Positions 42,646-54,291 of a stretch of 64,000 nt of DNA are shown one piece after another. The translations under genes and the position numbers were made by a program. The notes beneath the pieces were generated by a model, which was not told the origin of the DNA, did no database searches, and saw only the letters and a list, made by a program, of their open reading frames with translations. Location of the stretch: NCBI GenBank assembly GCA_951406725.2, contig OX597837.1:25482001-25546000 (forward strand), read 5' to 3'. Every line of letters begins with the position of its first letter. Position 1 is the stretch's first letter. The stretch is from Octopus vulgaris (taxonomy: Eukaryota).

Positions 42646-42771
42646 GTAAGATATGTAGCATGTCTGTCGTTGTGACTGACTCCAGTTGTTGATAGATGAT
42701 AGTGATGATGATGATGATGATGACAAAAAGAAGATAGCTACAAAAAGAAGATAGCTACTATATTTAGTCAA

Positions 42772-43289
42772 ATTCCGCCGAGGTCGACTTTGCCTTTCAT
42801 CCTTTCGGGGTCGATAAATTAAGAACCAGATACGCACTGGGGTCGATGTAATCGACTTAATCCGTTTGTCTGTCTTTGTTTGTCCCCTCTATGTTTAGCC
42901 CTTGTGGGTAGTAAAGAAATAGGTATTTCGTCTGCCGTTACGTTCTGAGTTCAAATTCCGCCAAGGTCGACTTTGCCTTTCATCCTTTCGGGGTCGATAA
43001 ATTAAGTACCAGTTACGCACTGGGGTCGATGTAATCGACTTAATCCATTTGTCTGTCTTTGTTTGTCCCCTCTATGTTTAGCCCCTTGTGGGTAGTAAAG
43101 AAATAGGTATTTCGTCTGCCGTTACGTTCTGAGTTCAAATTCCGCCGAGGTCGACTTTGCCTTTCATCCTTTCGGGGTTGATAAATTAAATACCAGTTAC
43201 GCACTGGGGTCGATGTAATCGACTTAATCCGTTTGTCTGTCTTTGTTTGTCCTCTCTATGTTTAGCCCCTTGTGGGTAGTAAAGAAATA
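42772..43289 (+). mobile_element. 5'-truncated Meta-like SINE trimer
   Basis: Three bodies; TSD tatatttagtcaa at 42759-42771 and 43290-43302. Confidence 0.88.
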
Positions 43290-43913
43290 TATATTTAGTC
43301 AACAGTTTGTGTGTGTGTGTGTGTTTTAAAGTGATTTGTCATGGTAGCCTCTGTACATCAGACATTGGCCAGTCTCCAGTCACCTCTACTCCAGCACTTC
43401 TAACTCCTTCAGTTTTTCTCCTTCAATTTTTCTCCTTCATTACATTCAATCCTTTGTCTCCAACACATCAGAATTCCTTTCTAGAATTCCCTTCAATAAC
43501 CGCATCAATCTCTCTGGTTTTAGAAAGACATTAATCACATCAACCTCACTGACATTGGTTGGACAATTTTACAGGGTCCTGTAAGCTGAAGAACTGTGTC
43601 AGACCCCTTACTTTATAGTGTTTGCTAGGTGCTTATTGTTTTTGGACACCAGCATCAGTGAGATCACTCTCAGGACAATGGAAAAAAAAAAAGGAAAAGC
43701 CACCATTCCCCCACCACCGACTGAGTGGATTTGCATTTGAGAGAAAGAGAGAGAGGTGGGAGTGACTTTATACCAGGTGTTGAAGGCTAAAGAATGATAA
43801 CAGAACAAGCACTGGTGTTTTGCTATGGAGGAGATACATGTCTACCTCGCATTATGCAAGGTTGGGTGTGAGTAACTGGAAGGATGTTAAAAACATAATG
43901 ACACCATTGTTTT

Positions 43914-44430
43914 CAGTTCTATATTTAAGAGATGAGGAATTATGTACATTATTTACATTTGACGGATATTTGTCCTCATATGGCATAGTGGTTAAGAGTG
44001 TGGTGACTAACCCCAAGATTCTGGGTTCAATTCCAGGCTGTGACCTGAATAAAAATAAAAATAATAATAATAATAATAATCTTTTCTGCTCTAGGCACAA
44101 GGCTTGAAATTTGGGGTGAGGTAGGTCCAGTTGATTAAATCAATCCCAGTACGCAACTGGTACTTAATTTATCAACCCCGAAAGGATGAAAGGCAAAGTC
44201 GACCTCTGCGGAATTTGAACTCAGAATGTAGCGGCAGACAAAATACCACAAAGCATTTCGCCCGGCGTGCTAATGTTTCTGCATAGAAAGATACCTTAGG
44301 AATGAGAATCCATGTTCGAAATTTCCCCAAGATACCCGATGAAGGCTGGAGGGTATATCAGCCTAAATGTTGTGTTAACAACAAACAAAATAAGGACAAA
44401 TATCTGTCAAATGTAAATAATGTAAATAAT
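43914..44430 (+). mobile_element. Penelope-like non-autonomous element: inverted end, tRNA-like head, hammerhead remnant
   Basis: 43946-43977 (acattatttacatttgacggatatttgtcctc) is the reverse complement of 44392-44423. tRNA-like A/B boxes at 43981-44040; ccGAUGA aggctg...cagcc (t)AAA ugUUG at 44336-44372. A Meta-like SINE is nested at about 44081-44282. Confidence 0.6.
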
Positions 44431-44447
44431 ATACTATTGTTTTCATC

Positions 44448-44682
44448 TGGCAGGTCATATCTTGTACTTGCCAGCCAGTCAGTATGCAAAGACTAGAATG
44501 AGCTGGTCACCAAAAGACAGAAAATGGGGAGAAAAGGCCAACCTAAGAATCTCTGGACAGTCCAGAAAAACCTCAACATGCAAAAACCAGTTTAGACAGG
44601 AATGTAGAGAACTGCAGTAGATGGGCTATGAAGAAGGAAATATTCTGCCTTCTGTCTGACAACACTGAAGGACCTGAGTCTA
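44448..44682 (+). pseudogene. Decayed RTE LINE 3' fragment
   Basis: AGHILYLPASQYAKTRMSWSPKDRK...GQPK, resembling the RTE C-terminal GH..R......W.P..R.RGRP motif. Confidence 0.55.
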
Positions 44683-45574
44683 TTTTTGAGGCTAACTACT
44701 GGTATTTTAGTAATTATAAAGACAATTAGGTAATCAAGTCAAATTTAACAATGACATTCTAGGTGGCTTCCAAAAAAATATTTTTTCTTCTTTCTAAAGT
44801 GTATTTTTTATTCATTAGAATGAACTGAAATATAACAGGAAGTGTGGGGAAAAGGTTTGTTAGGATTAACATTTACTTAGCATTTTAGCATTTAAACTTT
44901 CATATCTAAACTTAATGACCTTTTTTTTCTTTCATGAATTCATAGAAAATACTTGTTGATAATTTTCAATGAAATTTTAGATTATTTGCTACATCTTTCT
45001 GCCATTAAATCTAATTTTGTTTTTTTGGCTTCAATCCTGGTTTAATATGTCTGTGATAAAATGAAGCAGACACCCACATGCGGCTTTCTAAATTTATTTC
45101 AATTATTTTAGTCTTGAAAGACAGGCTGTTAATTTAATGGAAATAATGTGACATTTTACTGGTAGCTATTCAGATGAAAGTACTTTGAAAGAGAGATAGA
45201 GAGAGTGTGTGTGTGTGTGTATTTGCTGGCCTAGGTTTCATATAGATAAGAAACAAACCACAGTCTAAATCAGGAAGGCAATACAAAAGCTAAGAGGAGA
45301 GGGACAGAGAAGTTTCATGTTACTGATGTGATGTTTGATGTAGCATATCTAATAATTAAGATGTTAATGAGGTAACAGTACCAAGAAAATTACAGTTTCA
45401 CTCATTAGTCTAATTAATGTTGTTGATACTATGCTGTTTGATATAACATTCATTTGGTGTGGAATCACAATTTATTCTGTAAAAATAACTTGATGTAATG
45501 TTTTATCAGGAAAAGAGCTGATAGTAATATATAATTTACAACTCCTCATTGATATATATACACACATATATATA

Positions 45575-46443
45575 TCTTGGTTTCAGATTTTGGCTCAAGG
45601 CCAGCAAATTTGAGAGAGGTGATTAGTCAATTACTTATTTATTTATTGCCCACAAGGGGTTAAACTTAGAGGGGACAAACAAGGACAGACAAAGGGATTA
45701 AGTTGATTACATCGACCCCAGTGCATAACTGGTACTTAATTTATCGACCCCGAAAGGATGAAAGGCAAAGCTGACCTCGGAGGAATTTGAACTCAGAACG
45801 TAAAGACATGAAATGCCGCTAAACATTTCGCCCGGCGTGCTAACATTTCTGCCAGCTCGCCGCCTTCAATTACATCAACCTCAAGTGGAGGAGCAATGGC
45901 CCAATGGTTAGGGCAGCGGACTCGCAGTCAGAAGATCGTGGTTTCAATTCCCAGACCAGGCATTGTGTGTGTTTATTGAGCGAAAACACCTAAAGCTCCA
46001 CAAGGCTCTGCTCAGGGGGTGATGGCGACCCCTGTTGTACTCTTTCGCCCCAACTTTCTCTCACTCTTTCTTCCTGTTTCTTATCCCCAACTTCCTACGC
46101 AACCGCTGAGCCTGGATGCGCATTCATCCATCCATCGATGCTCTTGGTGTTGGGGGTTAACCTGCTTTCTCTTCTGCGGGTCTTACGAATAGCAAAGGAC
46201 CACGGTTCAGACTTCTCCCATCTTGCGAGCTCTGGGACGAAGACCATTCACTGAACAGCAACAGCAATATCAACCTCAGCAATATCAACCTCAGTGTTCA
46301 ACTGGTATTTATGTTATTGACCCCCAAAAGGATCAAAGGCAAAGTCAAGCTTGGTGGAATTTGAACTCAGAACATAAAGAGGGACGAAATTCTGCTAAGC
46401 ATTTTACCCAGCGTGGTAACAATACTGCCAGCTTACTGCCTTA
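45575..46443. mobile_element. Triple SINE nest: old Meta-like SINE (-) hosting a young Meta-like SINE (45635-45866) and a tRNA SINE with tail C (45885-46266)
   Basis: TSD-like duplications tcaattac and atcaacctca at the junctions. Confidence 0.75.
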
Positions 46444-46448
46444 ATATA

Positions 46449-46664
46449 TGAGGGGATGCTGAAATGTTCCTGGCTTTAAGGATATTATGAAAAACCAAAC
46501 TGGAGACCCATCTTTCCTACTTCTTTTTATAGGGCTTAGAAAAGCTGAAGGACTGCTGCAATAAGTGTGTGAATCTGAGACGAGAATATATTGAGTAAAA
46601 TCATAATTAACTGATCCACCTGTTTTCTTTTACCCAGTGCCAGGAACTTTTGAGAACGTCCTAG
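46449..46664. mobile_element. mariner-type MITE
   Basis: TA tgaggggatgctgaaatgttcctggc ... gccaggaacttttgagaacgtcctag TA. Related left ends at 16543 and 17517. Confidence 0.65.
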
Positions 46665-46974
46665 TATATATAATATATATACGTGCAGGCACGGCTGCGT
46701 AGTAAGAAGCTTGCTTCCCTACTACACGGTTCCAGTTTCAGTCCTACTGTGTGACACCTTGGGCAAGTGTCTTCTACTATAGCCTCAGGCTGACCAAAGC
46801 CTTGTGAGTGGATTTGGTAGACAGAAACTGATAGAAGCCTGTAGTATATATATATATATATATATGCCTGTTTGATCATTTCACATGACTTTATTCATTA
46901 AAACTTATTAAAACTTCAGAGCTTCTTACAATTTTCATCATCATAATGTTTTGCTTCCATTTTGTTTAGTAAGG

Positions 46975-47060
46975 ATTTTCCTGAAGAGAAAGCTGCAAAA
47001 TGGACTCCTTATTCAATCGGAATTAGGGACTTTGCAGACTTCGAAACATATGTCGAAAAT
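46975..47060 (+). ncRNA. Type I hammerhead ribozyme with intact catalytic core
   Basis: Stem I attttc/gaaaat, core CUGAAGA, long stem II (G-aaagctgcaaa...tttgcagactt-C), GAAA, palindromic stem III ACAUAUGU and a GUC triplet. Predicted cleavage after 47054. Confidence 0.75.
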
Positions 47061-47111
47061 AAAATAAAGGAATTTTGTTAAATCTTCGTTCAGCTCCATT
47101 CTTTCCTATAC

Positions 47112-47160
<49 letters not shown>

Positions 47161-47587
47161 ATATATAAGTTCAGCAAACAATTTAGATTCAAATGAATAT
47201 GGTACTTAATTTAGATGCACCAGAATTTTTTATATGGTGTTACCCATAAAAATATGTGGGGTGATTATAATAAAAAATAAGCAACAAGAATGAATCCGGA
47301 TTCATTCTTGTTGTTTATTTTTGAGTATATATATATATATATATACTCAAAAATAAGCAACAAGGATATCCTTGTTGCTTATTTTGACTATACTCACCCC
47401 ATTTTGAATTATATGGATAATACCATACCAAATTCTGGTGCCTTTAACTTAAGTACCATATTCAACTGAATCTAAATTTACATATATATATATGAAAGAA
47501 GGTTTGAAAATGCAATTTTAAAAGATGTTTATTTACTTTACCGGTTTCACTCTTTTTCCGCTTGTGCGGTACCTTACAACTCCACTT

Positions 47588-47616
<29 letters not shown>

Positions 47617-47620
<4 letters not shown>

Positions 47621-47734
47621 CATAAGGGACATTAGCCAACTGAATATGGCTAGGGACAGGGCAGGGTGGTGGGGGTGTCCACCACCCTGCCCTGTCCCTA
47701 GCCATATTCAGTTGGCTAATGTCCCTTATGTTAT
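47617..47734. repeat. Perfect 56-bp inverted repeat with a 6-nt loop
   Basis: 47617-47672 is the exact reverse complement of 47679-47734. Confidence 0.95.
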
Positions 47735-48472
47735 GGAGCAGTCACTGTCTATATCTCATTTAGAGAATTATTATTGCTATATATATATATATTTATGTAT
47801 ATATCTGGGTGTGTGTCTTTGTGTGTGTGTGTTTGTTCACCCATCACTGCTTGACAACCAGTGTTAGTGTGTTTATGACCTCATAACTTAGCAATTCGGC
47901 AAAAGAGACTGATAGAATATGTACTAGGCTTAAAAAAGAAGTTCTGGGGTCAACTTGTTCAACTAAAACCATTCAAGATGGTGCTTCAGCATGGCTACAG
48001 TCAAATGACTGAAACAAGTGAAAGAATATATATATATATATATATATGTAAAAAAATACAAACTGGGACAAGAATGCAAAACATTTAGAAGACGATACAA
48101 AAAGCATGGATGGGACATTCGAAGCCTTCAATCTTCAGTCAAGAACCGGATCATCCTCGCAATTTCGGCTGATTAATCTTGAGATTACTCCGATCTGGCC
48201 AGCCCCAAAGAAAAATCTAAGCCAAGCGCATTAGATACCTTGGAAGAAAGCCTCGAATGTATACAAAACAAGGACAGAAAAACGGCCGAGGTTACACGAA
48301 TAAGAATACAAAAATACGTAAAAACAATAATGATATAATAATAACAAAAACAGGCGGTCACAGACAGGCGTCTTTCGACAGGATGAGTAAACTTTGAGCT
48401 GGCATGTTAGAAAAATGCCTTATATATATATATATTACGACCTGATATGAGATTGTGTGCTGAAATAAAAAC

Positions 48473-48756
48473 AATTTGCAGCATGGAAGGTGTTTATAAG
48501 CCATTTAAAAACACACAAAAACTGTTAGATTCACTTCAATATTTAAATTTAATTTGCCAACATATTTTCATCGCTTTGAGACCACGACCCGATCACTAAA
48601 ACAATTGTGTACTGCGTCATGGAATTTTGTCAGTGATCAGGTTGCGGTCCCAAAGCAATAAAAATATTTGGGCAAATTAAATTTAAATGTTGAAGTGAAT
48701 CTAACAGTTTTTGTGTGTTTTTAAATAGCTTATAAACACCTTCCATGCTACAATTG
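48473..48756. repeat. Long imperfect palindrome (~125-bp arms)
   Basis: gcatggaaggtgtttataagc...gatcact / agtgatc...gcttataaacaccttccatgc. Confidence 0.9.
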
Positions 48757-48812
48757 TGTGTGTGTGTGTGTGTATATATATATAGATAGATCTATATATA
48801 GATATATATATG

Positions 48813-48846
<34 letters not shown>

Positions 48847-49709
48847 CATACATATATATATATATATATATGTCTTTGTATGTATGTATCTAGATAGATA
48901 GATAGATATTGCATGTGTGTGTGTGTGTGTGTGTATTCTCAACTGAATCATGGGAAATTTCATATATAATTAAAACCAATCAAAAACCGACTATGTAATA
49001 AGAAATTAGCGAGATTAATTACTGAGTTAATGCCTACAATTATTAAATATTTCCATCATTCCTCATTCATTGGTTGTTAAAGTAATTTGTTACATTGCTG
49101 GAATCTAGTAAGCTATGATAATCTGCCCAGTGTTAAGCGTCCGTAGTGTGTGATGATATTTGACTAGGTTTCATTGAGAGGTAGGGTTGGTGTAGGGTTC
49201 AACTATCGTCATCACTCCCATAACAGTAGTTTTATGTTATTAATGTCTCACGAATATCTGACAATCCCGAACAGGAAATGGTTGAGTTTTGACGTTTGTT
49301 CAACTATTTTTAAAACTAATTTCAGAAGTTCATTATATTTATTATTGAAGTTAATCAGTTTATATCAGTTAATTTAACCCTTTCGTTACTGTATTTATTT
49401 TGAGATGCTCTGTGTTTCATTCAATTAATTTTATATATAACAAAGAATTTAGTAAAATAACTTCGTTATCATTAAGCTAGTGTTTGGAACATAAATTGTG
49501 ACTAAGGTTTGGTGGAAGATTTTAATTCAATACTTATGAAAGTAAGACATCTGTACTACAGAGCCAGAGGCGGTTTTGGCCAGGTTGGTATCAAAAGGGT
49601 TAAGACAACTCTTCTCAATCAGTTTTTGAGAAACTTGCTCTATTTTTATTTAATTAGGAGGAACAAACGTCAACTTTATAAAGCTTAATTTGCCCCTATT
49701 CAAGTGAGT

Positions 49710-50310
49710 GCCAGATTGGTGTAGTTGTGTAGGCCTGTGCCTCTGGAGCCGGCGATCAGGGTTTGAATCCCGCAGGGACCACGAGAAAAAAGAACCCTCA
49801 TACCTATTTCTTTATTACCCACAAAGGGCTAAACACAGAGGGGACAAACAAAGACAGACATAGGTATTAAGTCGATTATATCGACCCCAGTGCATAACTG
49901 GTACTTAATTTATCGACCCCGAAAGGATGAAAGGCAAAGTTGACCTCGGCGGAATTTGAACTCACAACGTTACGACAGACGACATACCACGAAGCATTTC
50001 GCCCAGCACGCTAACGTTTCTGCCAGCTTGCCGCCTTAAGAACCCTCATATCTGGGTCGTCCGAGCACTTGCCAGTGTACCCAGCTGGAAATGGGTATTT
50101 GGCCCTTCTCAGGGCCGCAGCACACGTCACACCAGTGCTAGAAACCAGAGAAACCAATCCCACCTAAGGCAAACTAAAACAGACAGCAGGTGGACATCCA
50201 GATGCCATGACTCGGATGTGGGCCGAGTGTCAGGAGTTAAGGGCCGAAACACTTGCCTAAAGGGGGTTTCTCATCTGATGACCACCTGCTGTTATGCTCT
50301 CCTGGAGTTT
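49710..50310 (+). mobile_element. Rare tRNA-headed SINE with a structured 3' region, interrupted by a Meta-like SINE
   Basis: tggtgtagttg...ggtttgaatccc boxes; insertion TSD aagaaccctcata at 49790-49802 and 50038-50050. Confidence 0.65.
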
Positions 50311-50705
50311 CTTTCCTCAAGTCGAGCTAGTTGCCTTTTGCTTTTTGCAGTTTAAAATACTGTGTGTGTGTATAAGTAAATTTAGTGAAATTGTGAGTTT
50401 CTGTTTAACCCTTTCGTTACCCACCCGGCCAAAACCGGCTCTGGCTCTGTAGTACAAATGTCTTGTTTTCATAAGTTTTGCATCAAAATATACCACCAAA
50501 CCTTAGTCGCAATTTATATTCCTAACACTGGCTTAATGATAACTAAGTTATTTTACTAAATTCTTTGTTATATTTAAAATTAATTGAAAGAAACACAGAG
50601 CATCTCAAAATAAATACAGTAACGAAAGGGTTAATTATGTGATCTAATGGATCTGACACAGAAATATTTATCTTTATCAGTGTGTGTGTGTGTGTGTGTA
50701 ATATA

Positions 50706-51085
50706 CACTACCGTCAGAAATTAATTAGCACCCTTGATTTGCTCTTCACTCAAGGTATGTGCTGTCACCTAGTGGCCATATCTCGAACTATTGCTTTGTT
50801 GCGAGTTCACTGTTGCGCAGAACGATGACGTAACTTTGTTTGCAGAGCAGTTTGAGAGTCTACAGCCTTATGATGTTGACATAGCAGTGCAACAACAACT
50901 TGGAGTGCGGATGCAGACAAATCTTCCTTTGTTTAATAGATATAGGTAGCGCCTCGCAAGGACCGAAATCACACCATACTAAGTTTTCTCATTGCGTAAG
51001 ACGTTTTGAGCAGCTCATAGGTTAATTGATTTAACCTATTTAATGTAGAAATTTGAGAAGTGCTAATTAATTTCTGACGCAAGTG
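50706..51085. mobile_element. Tc1/mariner-type MITE
   Basis: TA|cactaccgtcagaaattaattagcac ... gtgctaattaatttctgacgcaagtg|TA. Confidence 0.8.
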
Positions 51086-51343
51086 TATGTATGTGTGTAT
51101 GTAGTATGTCTTTTATCTTTTACCTGTTTCATTCATTAAACTGCAGCCATGTTGGGGTACCGTCTTGAACAATTTTTAATCAAATGAATTTTTTTAAAGT
51201 CTGGTTACTTATTCTATCAGTCTCTGTTGCCAAACCAACACCAGTTGGTGTGTTTATGTCAACTGGTGGTGGAGGATAAACACTAATACAAAGACACGCT
51301 CACACAGATATATATATATTTTAGTATCAATCTGTAGTATATA

Positions 51344-51383
<40 letters not shown>

Positions 51384-51579
51384 CACCAGAGTAAACACAT
51401 AAATGTGAAACCCCAACAGGATGAGAGGCAAAGTCGACCTCGGTGGAATTTGAACTCAGAACGTAACGGCAGATGAAATACCGCTAAGCATTTCACGGGG
51501 CGTACTAACGTTTCTGCCAGCTCGCTACCCTCAAGATTCAGACATTAAATGATGATCATATATATGCATATGTGTAAGT

Positions 51580-53686
51580 GTGTAGTGGCCTAAACATCAC
51601 TTGACCATTTCAAAATATGATGACCCTTTTATTTATTAAATACTCACAGTTATTCTTTTATAAACAATAAATATACTTATTGGAAAACATTTTAAAATAG
51701 TTTTGAACATGACATTTTTTAAATGGTTACCATTTTGTTCTTGACAGTGATGGACTCTTTCTAAAGAATGTTCCATTACCATTTGTAATGTCTCTTGGCT
51801 TATTCTTTCAGTTTCTTCACAGTAATTTGGCCTTAAATTACTGAATGGTCTTAGGCTTGTTACAGTATATTCTGTCTTTCGGCTATCCCCTCAAGAAAAA
51901 ATTCTGTAGCACTTAACCCTTTAGCATTCAAACCGGCCATATCCGGCCAAAATATTTAACCTGTTTTATATTGAAACTGACCAGATCTCGCCTCTCACCT
52001 CAGCCCTACCATGTCATTCTAAAACTAAAAAAATCACATCACTGCAATCTCTAAACTACAAGATAATGCATGATTAATTCAAAACAATATAAATAAACAA
52101 ACACCACATTTGACAGAATAATCTGAACACTAAAGGGTTAAATTAGGCCAGTTAAATTTAGAGTTTCTTGAAATTATTCTCTTTCCAAATATCTGCCTTA
52201 AGAGCTCTGTTGTCGGGCAAGCTGTATGGGCAATAGCCCCCATCTTGCTACCACCTCATCTCTGGTGTGTTCTCAACTGTAAGATGCACGAATGTTCCAG
52301 CCTGTCCTGATACCTTTCTTCTTCAATGGTTAGTGTGTTTTCTGCCTCATACTCAAAGAAGTAAGGATCAAGAACTCTTTCCACACTTACCCTGCATCAA
52401 ACCAGTTTTTACATGGTGTTGCTCACATCGGTGGACTATTCTTGGGTTTTCTGTCCCCTAAAATTCGATATTTTGTTTGTTTACTCATTTACCTATTTCA
52501 GTCATTTGACTGTGGCCATGCTGGAGCACTACCTTTAGTGGAGCAAATCAACCTCAGGACTTATTCTTTGGAAGCCTAGTACTTATTCTATCTGTCTTTT
52601 TTGCCGAACTGCTAAGTTATGGGGACGTAAACACAGCACCATTAGTTGTCAAGCGATGTTGGGGGGGGACAAACACAGACACATACATATATATACATAT
52701 ATACGACGGGCTTCTTTCAGTTTCCATCTACCAAATCCACTCACAAGGCTTTGGTCAGCCCGAGGCTATCGTAGAAGACGCTTGCCCAAGGTGCCACGCA
52801 ATGGGGCTGAACCCGGAACCATGTGGTTGGTAAGCAAGCTACTTACCACACAGCCACTCCTATGAAAGTGGGCCTTAATAAGATTGTGAATGAAATCATC
52901 TTCTTGTTTTGTGAACTTTTTGATGTGGGCAGCATACACTAATTGTTCCTAATAATCTGCTGACTTCAGTTCCTGCACCAACTGCACTTTAAATGAGAAT
53001 AAATTCAGTGCCTTTTGAATTCTCTGTAATGAGCTATGGGATATGTCCAACTGATGGGACCACTTTTGAGTTGATGTTGAAGGCTCTTCTTCAACGCTCC
53101 ATCGTATATGCTGAACATTGTCCTGAGACCTTCCTGAATGTGGCTTCCCCGCTCATGGTAAATCAATCCCAGCCCCCTGTTGTTCAAACTGCCAGAATAA
53201 GTTCCACTTGTTTAGAGGGTGGTTGTCTGACACATCAAAATCATGAATGTAAGCTCTTTAGGTTTGCACAATTGATTGATGATAAGGCGGCGAGCTGACA
53301 GAAATGTTAGCACACCGGGCGAAATGCTTAGCAGTATTTCGTCTGCCGTTATGTTCTGAGTTCAAATTCCACCGAGGTCGACTTTGCCTTTCATCATTTC
53401 AGGGTCGATAAATTAAGTACCAGTTATGCACTGGGGTTGATGTAATCGACTTAATCCCTTTGTCTGTCCTTGTTTGTCCCCTCTATGTTTAGCCCCTTGT
53501 AGGCAATAAAGAAATAACAATTGATTGATGATTTTGTAGATAAAATTTATTTCTCTGTTGTGAATTTCTCTGTGGTTATTTTCCAAGAATTATTTGTCAA
53601 TATTCTGAAACAAAAAAATCGAAAAAATTAATTGTAAAAAAAGTTATTATATTTTAAAATTGTCTACTGCCTTTTTGGCCAGTCTG
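51580..53686 (-). mobile_element. Old Tc1/mariner-superfamily transposon (maT/DD37D-like motifs) broken by a MITE and two SINEs
   Basis: Minus-strand remnants AHFH, VNKQN..F*GTENP, PYFFE, *QDGAIAHTA...RIISRNSKFNWP, FFLRG*PKDRIYCNKPKTI and NGNHLKNVMF; diverged TIRs near 51581-51630 and 53637-53686. Confidence 0.75.
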
Positions 53687-54067
53687 TATCTGATAGGTGC
53701 AGGAATAGATGTATGGTTAAGAAGTTTGGTCTGTAGTCAAATGGTTTCAGGTTTGATTCCACTGTGCAGCACCTTAGGTAAATGTGTTCTACCACAGACT
53801 CGGGCTGTGAAGGAATCTGGAAGACAAAAACTGCAGGAAGCCCATTATATTTAAGTGAGTGTGTGTGTGTGTATACTTTTGTGTGTGTATGTATGTATGT
53901 GTGTGTGTATATGTATGTATATGTGTGTGTCTGTGTGTGTACATATATATATGTGTGTTTGTATATATATATATATATATCTAATGTAGGATAAAATTTT
54001 TTTTTTTTAAATTTTTATCAATGGCCAGTATATTAAAAAAATACCTTTAAAGGTTAAATTTATAAAC

Positions 54068-54258
54068 AACTTATAAATAAGGGCAAATGAAAAAATTTCT
54101 AATGCCAAATATGCCGAAAATTGGACATATTGTCGATAACCATATAATTTTTCACAATACGTATGTATTGGGAAAATTATATGGTTATGGACAATATGTC
54201 CAATTTCGGCATATTTGGCATTAGAAATTTTTTCGTTTGCCCTTTATTTATAAGTTGT
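54068..54258. repeat. Fold-back palindrome (~90-bp arms)
   Basis: caacttataaataagggcaaat...caatac gtat gtattg...tttgccctttatttataagttg. Confidence 0.9.
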
Positions 54259-54259
54259 A

Positions 54260-54291
<32 letters not shown>

